From the NCBI GenBank assembly GCA_964234715.1, contig OZ174286.1: a DNA stretch of 64,000 nucleotides. One strand, written 5' to 3'. The first letter of the stretch is position 1, and every line of letters starts with the position of its first letter. This document shows, one piece after another, positions 1 to 12,973 of the stretch. The stretch is from Podarcis melisellensis. Lineage: Eukaryota. The position numbers and the translations under genes were made by a program. The notes beneath the pieces were generated by a model. It had not been told where the DNA came from. It was given only the letters and a program-made list of their open reading frames with translations, and made no database searches.

Positions 1-724
1 TTGTATCTGGTATCTGTTACATTACAAATTGTATTATATGGTTGCTATGTATCTTGCAAAAGGGAGGGGGGAGTCCATTCCCAATTTTAAATGAGTTTGA
101 TTAGACACAGAGGCAGCTACAAAGCCTGTGAGATAAATTAACGTCTTTACAGTTTCATCAGCAGCTTCTATCTGCTGCTTTCATGTATTCTGTATTTTAA
201 CATTATCATCGCCAGAAGATACGTCGTTCCTATTACTCAACGTTATTTATTTTAAAAATAAACCTTATTTACAATTACCTAGTTCTTCTTGTCACTAGTA
301 GTTAAAAAGAAAAACAATTTGTATAACTTTGTACCAGAATGCTACTGAAACTGCCATAACATAGTCATTTAACATGTATTGTGTTTTAATTTTCTGCTTG
401 GCATAAATTTCAAAGTTTGGCTTTAGTACTTGTACTGTGTTCATTTTCCTAATCCAGAACGCAGTTATTGTGAGTGTGCTGCTTTCTTTGCAATTTCTTT
501 CCATGTTCCCTTTTGTCTGTATGCTTAGGATTATCATGTAGGCTTTTGGTTAACTTATTCAAAGTTTGAATTCAGTGGCACCTTTTTCTGACCAATTATG
601 TAGTTGTTAATATTGCATAAGCTTTCATTGGTTACAATCCACTTCAGTTGCAAAGATGGAATGACCAGAAGTAGGTCAAGACAGTTAATGGAGTGTTTAC
701 CTGCAGTACTCCTCCTTTTTCAAA

Positions 725-888
725 GGGATGCTAACCATAATTCAGTGGTAGAGGACCTGCCTTGCCTGCAGAAAGGTCACAGGTTCAATCATGTCCATGA
801 GGGCTTGGTGAGACTCCTGTCAGTGTAGACAAGAACTGAGCTAGGTGGGCCAGTCTGACTCAGTATTAAGGCTGCTTCCTGTGTTCCT
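725..888 (+). mobile_element. tRNA-derived squamate SINE (Squam2-like), degenerate
   Basis: A/B-box-like head (tcagtggtagag...ggttcaatc) and tail gtcagtgtagacaagaactgagctag...ctgactcagtattaaggctgcttcct. Confidence 0.7.
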
Positions 889-2236
889 ACTTGAACTCCT
901 GTTTTGCTACCTCAACTAGCATTTTAGCAACCAGAATCTATGCCCTTGAAAATGGCCCTTCTGAATATTGTTCTAAGGTATCTAAGAAAACAGAAACATT
1001 AAAACTTGTGAATGTATTTCTGGGTTTTATGTCCATTCTTATGTTTTCTTAAAGATGGTTCCATTTGGGTGATGTTAGATTGATGTAAGAGCACAAGGTT
1101 ATAGGGTGATATTATTTAGTCCTGAACTATGCTGCTGCTGTTACTGATCTAAGTGGTGTAACTGGTATCTGGGTCAATCAATCAAATTCCTTTATTGGCA
1201 TCACAGTATAAAACATTTCAGGTAACTGGAATAATTAAAAAGACAAGGGTGAAGCTATCAAGGGTTATAAGGTCACACTATGGTTGTGTTCATTTGGATA
1301 TTCTGCTACACTCAGTGCCTTGGATGGAGACCACAGTGACGCCACTACCCCCAGATATAAGAAAAGCATAGAAATTCCTTAATGAAATATATTCTTTCAA
1401 AATCAGTCGGCGATCTTGATTAAGTGACTGTTTCAGATGTGCAAATATACAAAATTAGTAGCTCGCATGTTTCCTACCCTGCTTTTACACACTCATTGTT
1501 ACTCATTGTCACATTAAAAAAATCTATACCAACTCTCATAAATCATCTGGAGGCAATTTCTTAGTCTCTAAAGGTGACCGGGCCTAGACTATGTATAAAT
1601 AATTATTGTGTAAAAAATATTCATCTTATCTAAATTGCTTTTTTTGCAAGCTTAAATCAAGGTTCAACTAGGCAATAATGTTCCTTAATAAGTGTTTTGC
1701 TGTTGCCTCTTCTGTTAATTCACCTGCTTGAGGAATATATGCATCTCCTGGGCTTCTAATTCATGTAAATATTTATAGAAAAGCTTATTGTGACGGGAGG
1801 AAGAAATGAAATTGCCTGTTTGTTAACTAAAAACACTTAAAAATACCAGAGGTAACTTAAGTACAAACAGCTATTTTTGGATCAGCATTACATTGGCAGG
1901 ACTTTGCAACGCCTCCACTAGTGAATCAGTTTGTTTAGCTTTGGGACCAACACAGGAGCTAATGGAGATAAGACGGAATATTCTCCACTTGGCACCCTGT
2001 TTGGAATTAAGAACCTTGTGGTAGATCATCTGAGAATGTGTGAAGAAAATCTGATTGTACCCCACCTGGTTTATTGTGTGCCCTAGTATTTCAAAAGATG
2101 GATAGATAATTTAATTTAAAAAATCTTGGTTTTGCTGTTTGTAACTTGTATTTGCATAAAATAACATTCTTCGTGCATGGTAGGTGACAACATGTTAGTC
2201 AAACATCTTTAAAGTACTATTATCAGACTCATCAAA

Positions 2237-2367
2237 TCATAGAATCACAGAGTTGGAAGGGATCTCGAAGGTCCTCTAGTTCAATCCCTTGCAATGCAGG
2301 AATCCTGCCCACAGGTGTCTCTTTGTGGGTTCGAACCACCAACATTCCAGTTATCAGCCCGATGCAT
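2237..2367 (-). mobile_element. SINE with a tRNA-like B-box and a CR1-type 3' tail
   Basis: The minus strand reads ggttcgaaccc ... gattcctgcattgcaagggattgaactagaggacc...cccttccaactctgtgattctatgat, a CR1 (ATTCTRTG)n-type end. Confidence 0.7.
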
Positions 2368-2739
2368 CACTTTCCCTATCTCAGAATGCAGACCATGCAA
2401 CAGCAAATAACATGAAATAGAAAACTTTTTTTAAACAAAAATAATCTTAAGTGGGCAGAACACTGAAAATGTAGCTGTAAACTTATAAGTGGAATGTTCA
2501 GTCTTTTGACAGCCTGAAAAAATGCATAGTAATAATGAGGTTAGGAGTCTGATTCTTGGAACAGCATTTTATTATATCTTCTATTATCTTCTATTATAAA
2601 TCCCACAACTTGCAAAACCAGAGATTAAACTAACCCCTTATAAGAAATACAGACACTTATCGTGCAACACATGTACACACTGCAGCTGACACACTAACGT
2701 ATTGCAACACACAGTTTGGAAAGCTCTGCCTTAAAGACT

Positions 2740-3032
2740 ATGGGAGGAATCCTGCTAGAGCCATTGCACTCATGGAAGAGCTTTTGATCCCGTGAATGCC
2801 TCTACTAATGGATGAAAAGGGGAGGCGATTTTTGCCCTGTAGAATCCAGTGTCACAAAAAATGAATCCAGATAGTGGGGGACCCTTCAGAACATCTAGAT
2901 GCTTCAGGAGGAAGGATGAACTGGCAAACAAAAAACACCCCACCCTCCCCTCTTCTTCCATTAATGGAGACCTCTGCTGGATCAAAAGTGCTTCTTATGA
3001 GCACAAGGCCACCAAAGGAATTTCCTGCCTAA
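2740..3032. mobile_element. Palindromic non-autonomous element (MITE-like)
   Basis: Imperfect inverted arms catggaagagcttttgatcc and ggatcaaaagtgcttcttatg. Confidence 0.5.
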
Positions 3033-3546
3033 CAAACTAATTGTGGCATGCACTTTAATAAAATTCACTCAGTGGTGGTACTAGAACTGAACGATGCATC
3101 ATAGCTCCATGGCCCTGATGTCCCCAGGGTGGGGAGATGACTGCAGCCCATCAGCAACAGTTGCCCAAAACATCTTTTCTTCACCTCCTTTCATTCCTTC
3201 ACACCCACACCCACACATCATTTTTTAAAATAGTGGGCATGATGTGGAACAACCCTTCCGAACCACCTTGGTTTCTCAAAGTGTTGAGAATTTAAGGTGA
3301 TGGGCACAACTGTCTGGAGCTTTGTTCTGCCTTTGGAAAAGGAAAGACATAGGAGTCACTATTGCCACTGTCACATGACCTGAAAGGAGGAGAAAAGGAG
3401 AAAACCAAATGGAAGATTGCATGAGCAGGTGGAAAAGAACAAGCCACTGTTGCTTTCTTCAGCTTTATTTCACAAAGGTTGGTGGGTATGCTGGAACTCA
3501 ACAACCTCCATAAAATGTTTTGAAGAAAGCAACAGCAACCCTCTCT

Positions 3547-3602
3547 TTCCTTCCTTCCTTCCTTCCTTCCTTCCTTCCTTCCTTCCTTCCTTCCTTCCTT
3601 CC
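3547..3602. repeat. (TTCC)14 microsatellite
   Basis: Read directly from the sequence. Confidence 0.98.
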
Positions 3603-4435
3603 GCATGGTAAGCCAGGTCTCTTTATCTTGTACTTAACTAAAGAAGGGAAAAGGCCAGTTTGTCCACAAACTCTCTCCAGGAAGGGGACAAATGGGTCCT
3701 TTTTTCTTTCTATTTACAAAGTAAAGAAAGGGGATCTTATTCCTTGAGCCCCTTCTTTCGCTCACTTATCAGGCGGCAGAAAGGAAGGAGGTTGGGGGAG
3801 GAGGGATGTGTGTGAGAGGGAGAGAACATGCGCAGTCTGGGAGGTGGGCTTCCATAGAGCATTTTGTCCAGGTTGTCGAGCCCATTTCTTTTCTCCCCCC
3901 CCCTTATATATTAATTTCCCCAAAGATCCCCCAAAATACATGATACCCAAGTGAAAACCATTGATGTTCCTACATAGTAGTCTTCTCATGTGTAGCATAG
4001 TTGAATCACAGATGGGAACAAGACAAGAAAAAGCTTGTTGTGGTATTTTACCTATTATTCATAAGAACCTTGCATATCAAAGCTGTTGCCTAATATTAAC
4101 AGAATTTTTTAATGCATATGAGGCAGGATGGGTCATCTCTGCCTGTTTGCCACAGTGTATATTTAGCTTTTCTTTTGAAAATCATCTCTATTACATTTGA
4201 ATCAAATTTATCGAACTACCTGCCTGTTTTCCATTCTGTTTCCATTAAAGTTATTTTTCATTGAATTTTAATTGCTGGCCTCTTAATGTTTTAGGAGCTC
4301 TCATTTTTCCTGTTTAGATAAAAGTAATTTCCATCACTATGAAACTGTTTTAATGCAACTTTGGATAAGTTTTCAACATTCCTTCTTGTTGTCTTTCTAT
4401 ATTCTTTTTCATACGTTGATTGGTGGGTGACCCAG

Positions 4436-4533
4436 AGCTTACAAGAGCCTGTAAATAAACTAACAGAGAGTGAAGAAAAAGAGGAGGAATTGCGGCTAGA
4501 GAACGCCAGATTAGAAGATGATCAGCAGAATCA
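4436..4533 (+). CDS. ICA1: ICA1 (islet cell autoantigen 1 / ICA69) internal coding exon, 98 nt: SLQEPVNKLTESEEKEEELRLENARLEDDQQN(Q)
   Basis: Acceptor cccag, donor CA|gtaagc. The translation resembles recalled human SLQDPMKKLVEKEEK... and splices in frame (phase 2) to the next exon. Confidence 0.9.
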
Positions 4534-5699
4534 GTAAGCCATATGATAAGAATCTGTTGGAAGAAAATAATACTGTGGATGACAATGGGCTTTCAGATTA
4601 TTTTTAGCTCTACAGTTAGGAAAATGCATATTCCCCCCCCCAATCCCAAAGTGTATGAGTATCCCAAAAAGAAGAGACAGACAGTGGGAAGGAGATGGAA
4701 GCTTCTCTGAGTTTGCCTGGAAATCACCTTCTCATTTTAAAGCACACAAAAACTGGTTGAAGTGAATGGAAGAACCTTTCTACACCCATTCCTTTTTATG
4801 ATCTTTTTGTTCCCCTAGCTGAATCTCTTTCTTATTTTCTTCTTTCCCCTTGTAATATTTTTCCCTGCAGACAACACATTTGAAAAATATTTTGCAGGCA
4901 TGCAAAATACACATTGACTTTTGCCTTCCATGCACATGTTTCATGAGTTTCCCTACAGATGCCCTTTTGCATAGGGAAAGTGTTACATTGCATAGATATT
5001 AATTACATTACATTAGTCCACCTATCTGCTGTGCCTGGGCTTTGCTCCCGAATGCTGCCCCTTTCCCTTTTTTGCTCCTCCTCACTGACATACTGTGGGT
5101 CAGCAAAGCAATAAGCATCTTAGGTATATCATACAGAAGATATAAGCACATTTCTCTCTATACTTTGCCTCCTCATCACTGCTCCTATTGCATACATGAA
5201 TTGGAACATATCCATTGCTCACTTTGAGCACTGATTAGCTTTTGTAATCTATACAGGGTTTGGCAAGTGATCCGGTACAGCGGCAAGCACGCTGTAAGAG
5301 TATACCCTGAGAACTAAGCCTGGTGGGATTCTAGTTACTGGTGTCAAGAGGCACTATACAGATAGGCTGTATCTTAATCTTTGGTAGTTTGGCTGATGGG
5401 GACATGTGAAAAGGAGAAAGAGATGTGATCCTCCTTCTATGGAAACATCCAGAATCAGCGAGGAGGGTATGAGCCTTGCTGTAATCACACGGCCAGCTGT
5501 TTAGAATATTCAAGGTTAAGGGAAGGCTAGTTGTTGATTCATTGAAGAGCAGCTTTCAGTGTTTGTCATTAGACCTCATTTCGTTGGCTTTTTATTTCTC
5601 CAAAATGTGTTTTGTTTGTGGGGGAAATGTTTTGAAGTAGCAGTGTGACATAGGTTAGATAATTTTGCTTTGTGTCTTTCTAATTTTAGATATTTAAAT

Positions 5700-5825
5700 G
5701 AGGGGTGGGAACCTGTGACCTTCCAGATGTTTTTGGACCACAGCTTCCACTGTTCCTGACCTTTCGTCACACCGACCTGGGCTGATGGAAGTTGGGAGTC
5801 TGACAACATCTGAAGGGCATCAGAT
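5700..5825. mobile_element. Short squamate MITE ('ccagatgtt...gggagt...caacatctg' family). Related copies at ~11485-11590, 39770-39905, 40410-40520, 55300-55410 and 55420-55550.
   Basis: Internal inverted repeat cttccagatgtt / aacatctgaagg. The same motif recurs across the window. Confidence 0.65.
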
Positions 5826-6857
5826 TCTACATTACTGGTTTGGAAGCTTGAGAACACCCACTGCTGAGTCACTTTTCTAGATAGCCATTTTCACTCCACC
5901 TATTGTGTTCCAAGGGAAGCAGATTAAGACTCTTCTTCACAGTTATTGTAAATGTCTTGCTTAACAGTATACAAGGAATTCTGAAAGACTGCTGTGAAGA
6001 AAATTCCCACATGGAACCTCTTCCTAGATATAGAAACTTCACGTCAGCAAAGCACTTCTAACAGGCATGAGGAACACTAAAAAGAACACATAAATATGTT
6101 GACGGATGTTAACTTCCTTTTCAGCCTGACTGCATAAGCAGCTCAGAAATTCATGTTGTGTTCTTCTTTTTTCTTCCCTGTTCTGTCCTGCTTTGCACCA
6201 GAGCTTTATTTCTAAAAGCTTCTGCTACTCAGCTTAACCTGTGTTCATCTTGCACACCTAAAGACGCAACAGATATGTCCTAAGCGCTGGGCTCATGGTT
6301 CAGATAAAATCACAGAATGACATCAGGCAGAGTAATAGCAATTATGCCTGCCAAGCCAGTACACGTCAGTTGCCATGTAATCAGTCCTCTTGCTTATTCA
6401 GTGGTTCTGCTGGCCCCTCCACATCGTATGAGGGAGAGTAGTTCCTCTTGTCCTCCAGACGGAACATTGAGTATCTTCTGCTCTCTTTAAATCTTTAGAA
6501 GAAAACAAAATAAACCAAGTTCTAAATCTCAAAAGCAAGGATATCCAGCATGGTGCCCCCTGGATGTTGTTAGCAGCTTGTAATTTAGACAGGGTCCCCA
6601 AACTCATTTTGATTCAGTCACTGCACTGACCATTACATTTAGAAGGATTATTCCTCCTGTCACTGTACCTTTACTGCGTGAAATGCCAACATATTTTTGT
6701 TTTCTGAAAACACCTTGGAATTTGAGTGTATCTCTACATGGTTCCTAAAAACTGAAAGGGGGCAGAGACAGTTGTAACTTTTTGCCATTATTTTCCCCGA
6801 TAGCATGCTACACCACAGCATAAACTAAGTTCTTGTTTTTTTACCTTCCAATTTAAG

Positions 6858-6907
6858 GTTAATTTCGTTAGATGAGGACAGCCACACCAAGGAATCAACC
6901 AGCTCAG
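6858..6907 (+). CDS. ICA1: ICA1 coding exon, 50 nt: (Q)LISLDEDSHTKESTSS
   Basis: Acceptor tttaag, donor CAG|gtattt. Matches recalled human QLISLEEENQRKESSS. Phases 2 and 1 are consistent with the neighbouring exons. Confidence 0.9.
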
Positions 6908-7984
6908 GTATTTTCTTTTATTATGCCTTTCAAACGTTGAGCCTGTTTAAAAGTCTCTCATTCATCCTAATAGATGCTATGTGCCAGTTTGTTATAGCAT
7001 TGTCTCAGTCAGGGTTTTCTTAACCTAGCTCTAAAAATCCGAAGCACATGAAATCAATTAAGAGCAGAGATCTAAGAATAGAGATTTTATTTAACAACTC
7101 TAAAGGCACCTTGGAAAATAAATATAATGGAGTGTAGTCCTCCATATCCTTCTACTTGCTGCCATTGAGTGACCTCCAGCCTGTGCTCTATAACACAGCA
7201 CTCACTGTGCTAGTGCTATTGCCTGTATTGTGGTACCGTCACACCTCACCTCTTTCCAGAAAAAAAATAGATTGGGGCCACTGCTAAATTAGTTGCATTG
7301 CTCTGCTGTGCTTCTCCAAACACACTAGACTTTTTTACCTTCCCTGCATCCCCTGCATGCTTTTTGTAATGGTGGAGCTGGGCTTGGTTGAGGTTTTAAC
7401 TTGTTCCAGGTGAGGGCCTAAGAGCAAGGTTACCAAACATTGTCAAAAGTATTTTAATTCAGCTGGATTTATGGATAATTAACTGGAGCAAAAACATAAT
7501 CTATTTCTAATTGTAGGCAGCCTGGCAGGGGGGGAAATCTGCATTTTTGAAATAATTTCATTGTAAACCAATTACTTAACCTGGAACAGATGCACCTCAC
7601 TATCAGAATCACACTGCAGCTGCAGATTGAGGGGAGACTTTTACATCATCAAATATACTTTGAAGAGTGAAATGGGATTTTATCTGTAGGTAACAGAAGT
7701 AGGAACCCAACCCTTTCTCTGTTATTGGCAGTATGTTCTTAATTGTGCAACATTCTGTCTTGTGCTGGTGATTAGCTTAGCTGGGAGGATGGCCAAATAA
7801 GGAAGATTAGAATGCTGATATTTATCACTTCCTTAAATGATTAAACTTGGTAAATGGTCGACCATATTTGGAACTGATTCAGTGGCCTTTCCTAAAGTGG
7901 CACCCATTAGGTACACTAGACCTAGATCATGGTGTTTTTGTGAAACGAGTTTTGCTTTGGAAAGACATTGTGTAATATTCAGTG

Positions 7985-8090
7985 GTAGTCATGCTCAGAG
8001 TTGACCCATTGAAATGAATGAACTCAAGCTACTTAAGTCAACTGATTTCAATGGGTTCATTCTAAGCATAACTACTGTTTAATACAACCT
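7985..8090. repeat. Hairpin-type dispersed repeat (cccattgaaat...atttcaatggg). Related copies at ~8486-8570, 9363-9450, 26990-27110, 41615-41710 and 60040-60110.
   Basis: Imperfect palindrome gtagtcatgctcagagttgacccattgaaat / atttcaatgggttcattctaagcataactac. Confidence 0.65.
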
Positions 8091-8402
8091 ACTGAATTAA
8101 AGGAGACCTTTTAAGAACTGCAGATAGTTTTTGTGAGTGCCCAGTAGTAGGCTACAAAGTACTGAAAAGAGAGTGTGTGTGTCTGTGTGTAAGAGAGTAT
8201 AAATATATAGAATGTGTGTGTGTGGTTCTGGAGACTTTTAAGACACCACCGGTAAATAATTTATCTGGGATAGTTTCAGGTTAAATGTGAAATCCTAACT
8301 GCAAGTTAACAGTGCAAAGAGTGTCATACTAGAAAACCTTTGAAGCACATTCCATGTTTTAAAGCACTTTAGGTTCTGACCTAGAAAATATTTTGGTTAC
8401 AG

Positions 8403-8465
8403 CAGAAGAAACTAAGGACATCCTGAGTACTTTTGGGGAGAGCTTCAACCACAGAGAGAATTCAG
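8403..8465 (+). CDS. ICA1: ICA1 coding exon, 63 nt: (A)EETKDILSTFGESFNHRENS
   Basis: Acceptor ttacag (NAGNAG), donor CAG|gtatgt, phase 1-1. Similar to recalled human TEDGKSILSALDKGSTHTACS. Confidence 0.85.
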
Positions 8466-8659
8466 GTATGTCTCCTAGACATGCAGTGCAGCCCTATACA
8501 TGCCTGCTCAGAAGTAAGATGCATTGAGTTCAGTGGGACTTACTGACAGACAAGTTGCATATGATTGCTGCCTAAAGAAAATGGTATAACTGCAAGTATG
8601 AAATGTACATATAAGAGCCTACAGCTCAATAACTTTCCCTTATGTTTTGTCATTTTTAG

Positions 8660-8701
8660 GAGCCATAGATGACTTATTAGACTTGAAACCTGAGGAAAAT
8701 G
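8660..8701 (+). CDS. ICA1: ICA1 coding exon, 42 nt: (G)AIDDLLDLKPEEN
   Basis: Acceptor tttttag, donor ATG|gtatgt, phase 1-1. Matches recalled human GPIDELLDMKSEEG. Confidence 0.9.
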
Positions 8702-8761
8702 GTATGTAATCTTTTTGTCTGACTGTTTTATCAATTCTGCAAAGGGGCACCAAACATAGTA

Positions 8762-9030
8762 TTTTCTTCTTTTTCTTTGGCGATCACTTGTAGCTGAGTA
8801 AGATTGTCTTCCATGAACATGGTCTTAACAGTGAGTCTATAAGTGACTGTGGAGGCCAATTCTGGATCCACACGTCCTTCCACAGTGGGAACATAAGTTT
8901 CCGGACAAGAGTTCATCACGGTGCGGGTTTGCCAAGCGTGCCTTCCTCTTAGCACATTTCTCCCTTTCGGCCTAAGTTCAAGCGTCTTCGAAGTCCAAGA
9001 CACCTTTGGTAGAGGCTGGTCTCCAACTGG
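8762..9030 (-). mobile_element. RTE-clade LINE 3' fragment
   Basis: One minus frame reads ...EREKCAKRKAR...LCSHCGRTCGSRIGLHSHL*TH, the C-terminal CCHH motif of RTE ORFs. It has in-frame stops and a GAA-rich tail. Confidence 0.8.
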
Positions 9031-11356
9031 ATAATTTAATCTTTTAAACAATTGCATTATTTAATCTTTACTAATATAAAAGCTAGCTATGTCTCGATGT
9101 GATCATCCACTTTGGGCGCTTAAGAGTTGTAGAAGAACATTCACCTCAATTTGTGAACCATTTAGTATGCTATTGATGTAGAAAAGTATCTCCTTCTGAA
9201 CTGATTGTGATAGTAATAGTGTCTGTCAGTTTCCTTGACTTGAAATGCTGTTGTAAGCAACAATTATTCTTCCACTGAATTTTTCAGTGGTCCATAGCGA
9301 CTGTGTTTTTTGGGGTGACAGGTGTGTGCGCCATAGTACATTCATCCTGGCAATAATTCTATGGGTGGTATTCAGCTAGGTTTTACTCAGAGTAAAAAGT
9401 AACATGACTAAATCCATTAATTTCAACAGGTTTGCTCTGAGTAAAACATACCTCTTCTTGTACCTATCCCTCCCCGCTTCTTTCTTTTTTTTGCCTCTGA
9501 AGCTAGATTCCCACATTTGGTTGCGTCATGCTGAAGTTATCACTTCTGATTCTGATTGTTTCAGCACAACTCCCACACATGGGGGTGGCTAGTATTTACT
9601 GTGTAAGGGAACCTATTAGCTCACAAGTTTTTCCCAGCAGTAGCTGCCTTTACACATATACTTATTCATTTAAAAAAACCACTGTGTGTAATGTATGAAG
9701 CAGAACCATCTTGTATTGACATTTGCAACCACATTAGAAGTGACTGTGAATTAAGCTTGGCTTGGCTAACCACTAAAGTGCTAAACATACAGCAATCTCA
9801 TAGTATGCCACATGAAGGAGTAAATCTATATCAATGGAAGGTAAAAAGCAGACTGTGTTCTGTAGAATTTTCTTTCTTCAATACTGTGATGGCAAAGGAC
9901 AATTTATGAAAAGAAGGGATAGATTTACTGTTGGAAAAAGGAAGCGGCAAGGAAATGCTGAACACAAGGCAAAGAACAAAAGGGAAGAGAAGGGAGAAGT
10001 AACAGCAGTGCAAATAGTTTATTGATAAAAGTCATGTTGGCCCTTCTTTAATAAGAACTCTGTTCCTAGTGAGTACATAGCTAGTTTTTAGAACACAGAG
10101 TCTATTATACACGACTTCTTTGTGAAATACCAGCAGTATATGATGACTGCATCAAATAGCCTTGTTCTTTGCTATAATTCTGTTAGTAATTATTATTATT
10201 ACTAAAAAATCTATCATTATTATCTATCATTATTATTATTTGCTATTGTGGTAGATGTAATTTCTAGCATAGCAGAGGAATGGTGAAATGTTACTACTAA
10301 AACCATGTCTTCAATATATGTTGTAACTTCATGATTCCCTGCTAGATCTGGAAATTCCAGGAAGCAAAACAGGCTCTCTCAAACACATTAAAACACTATG
10401 TAATATATCAGGGCAGAGAAGTCAAAATAAAGAGGAGTCTTACAACATAAGATGTGCCTTACACCAAGGAGACAAGAGTTGCAGTGTTTTATGTCACATT
10501 TATCAAGAATGTTTTGCCACATCTAGACCAATAAGAGAGTCTTTTGGCACAGTTGCTTTTCATTTGAGCCACATGGGTCAGCTGTGGCTTGTGAAGTGAA
10601 ACATCAATGATGTCACCCACTTGTAACATAAGCTTTACCATGACTGAAGACTGCTTATATTTCCTGTATTGTGGCTTTCTGGCTGTAGTGAACCACAAAT
10701 CCTGTTTTCTTTGAGAGAGAGGAGGGTGGTTCTAATTTTTTTAATACCTAATTAATTCCAAATTTGGTATGCTAGGATGCAACTTTTGACTGCCATCTTT
10801 GATGCAGCTGGAAACTCACACTGGATTATACCAGTGTAATTGACTACTTATAATATTGGCCTTTCTTGACAAGTAAGTGTGTAACTGCAAAGAGGATTGA
10901 AGATGTAAACAGAACATTCAGCCCTCAAAATTGTCAGCCATCGTGCAGGTTAAAGCTGCTGTTTTCTTTCATCCAAGTTGGTTTTATCCATAGTGTGTAG
11001 GTGTTTTTTTATTCTCCCAAGTGGTGTTGACTCATAGGCATTTTTTAAAGTCAACTCTGTCCCCTAACTTCTCCTCTTTTCATGCCTCCAATAACTTCAC
11101 TCTATGTGTTTGAAAGAAGACTCAGTCACTTTTGAGTAAGACCTACTTAATGTATAGATGAAAGATTCTTTCATCTATACATTTCTAATATGCCCAACTC
11201 ATTACAAGAAAGTATTTATCTTTGCTGTGTTATGTGTGGATAATTTGAGTGCAGAGAAGGTTACTTGGCCAGCTGAGGCTTTTATTAGAGAAAGCTGCCT
11301 ATTGTACATGCTACCACTTACTTTAGGTAAGCTACTGAGCTCCACAGTGATGAAGC

Positions 11357-11392
11357 AATGACAGGAAGATTTCAAATGACAGGAAGATTTCA
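11357..11392. repeat. 18-bp tandem duplication (aatgacaggaagatttca)x2
   Basis: Read directly from the sequence. Confidence 0.9.
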
Positions 11393-12775
11393 AAAAACAC
11401 CTAGCATCATACACATTGCTGCAGTTTTGGAGCAAAGCTTCAAGCACTTTCATGCCTATTTGGAGACACTAGCCTTTTCTACCATGGTTCCCTCCAGATG
11501 TTTTCAACTACAGCTTCATCATTGACTAAGCTGGGTGGGGTTGAGGGGAATTGCTGTCCAAAAGATCTGATGGGTACCAGGTTGCCTCCAACAGCAATGT
11601 TTTGGGAGTTTTGATCATCTGCTGTCCCATCACACCTCACAAATAAATTCTTCTTTTCAAAAGTCAATTTCTGGAGAAGACGAAAAGCAGCAATGCCAGA
11701 TAAAGGACCTACTGGGGCCTCAGGTAGTTGCACTGAAATGAAAAGCACGTACAGTTCCAAAGCTCACATTCTGAAAGAGATCATGTTTGAGGGGAAATGG
11801 AGAAGTATGTTGCTGGTTATACTAAATTCAGTTTCTAATGAGGTCAGTGTTCAGTCTTCAAATTCACTGTAGAAAAATGTTCCAATAGTAGATGGAATTC
11901 ATTCTCTGAAATAATTCAGCTGTGACAGCCCCCTGGAGTATGCTTCCTTATGAGTAGGTTGAAATGAAGTTGGCCAGACTGGCATTGCCAACTGTTGTGA
12001 ACCCGAAGTTGTGGCAAGGATGGCATCAGACAAATTCTAGCATCAAACACATTTTTATTCTCCCAGGCACTTGGACAGCTTGGGCTTTTGGCAGCAACTG
12101 ATGCTCACCTTGTACGGAGTGAATGGATAATTTGTGTTGTTTTTTATGATCCTTTCTCTCCCCCCCCTTTTTGGATGACCTTTTTTTTAAGCATATCATA
12201 TTTGTATTGACTTATTAAATTTATTGTGGATTGTGTATTTTTATTATTGCAAATTGTTTTGGAACACCCCTGGGATGTGTGAATAAATATTGATTGATTT
12301 AAAAGCATTTCTGAACTGATTAATATGTAAACAAACTGTACAGAAATATAAAAATTTAAAATGTAATAAAACAGTAAAAAGGGATTATAATAACTAGGAA
12401 AAATATATTATGAAAACAGATAAAAGCAGGAATACAGTAATAACAGGGTGTATTCTTTTGGTCAGGGAAAGCTTGGGCAAAAAGAATACATCTTTGCAAG
12501 ATGTCTGAAGCAAAGGATGGATAATGCTTCACGTATGGCAGAGGAAAATGCATTCTGGAATTCAGGGGCAATGGCAGAAAGGGGCCCTTTGCTGAGTTAC
12601 CACCCTGTTATATTCTGAATAAACTTTCCCCAGATGTTCTACAGATCTTGCAGGTCTTTACAGGGACAGGAGGTCTTACGGGTAACCTTGTTGTTCATTG
12701 TCTACTATATTTCTTGCCCACCCTTCATCATAATGTCCCAGGGTGGATTAACATCTGAATATAACTGATACAATA

Positions 12776-12973
12776 CAGTGGTACCTCCAGGTTACACTCC
12801 GCTAACCCAGAAATATTACCTTGGGTTAAGAACTTTGCTTCAAGACGAGAACAGAAATCGTGCAGTGGCAGGAGGAGGCCCCATTAACTAAAGTGGTGCC
12901 TCAGGTTAAGAACAGTTTCAGGTTAAGAACAGACCTCCAGAACGAATTAAGTTCTTAACCCGAGGTACTACTG
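12776..12973. mobile_element. Tc1/mariner-pogo (Tigger-like) MITE
   Basis: TIRs CAGTGGTACCTC.AGGTTA and TAACCCGAGGTACTACTG. TA target duplication at 12774-12775 and 12974-12975. Confidence 0.85.

Noticed and set aside
3292-3747. ORFs with RKEG / PSFL repeats
   Set aside because: These are translations of the (TTCC)14 microsatellite.
9288-9321. Possible 34-nt ICA1 exon (ttttcag ... AG|gtgtgt)
   Set aside because: Weak donor, frameshifting, and no independent support.
10140-10300. C/D snoRNA candidate (ATGATGA)
   Set aside because: No box D (CTGA) or terminal stem at a suitable distance.
10346-10399. 54-nt in-frame ICA1 candidate exon (DLEIPGSKTGSLKHIKTL)
   Set aside because: Frame-compatible, but the donor (TAT|gtaata) and pyrimidine tract are weak, and I can confirm no homology.
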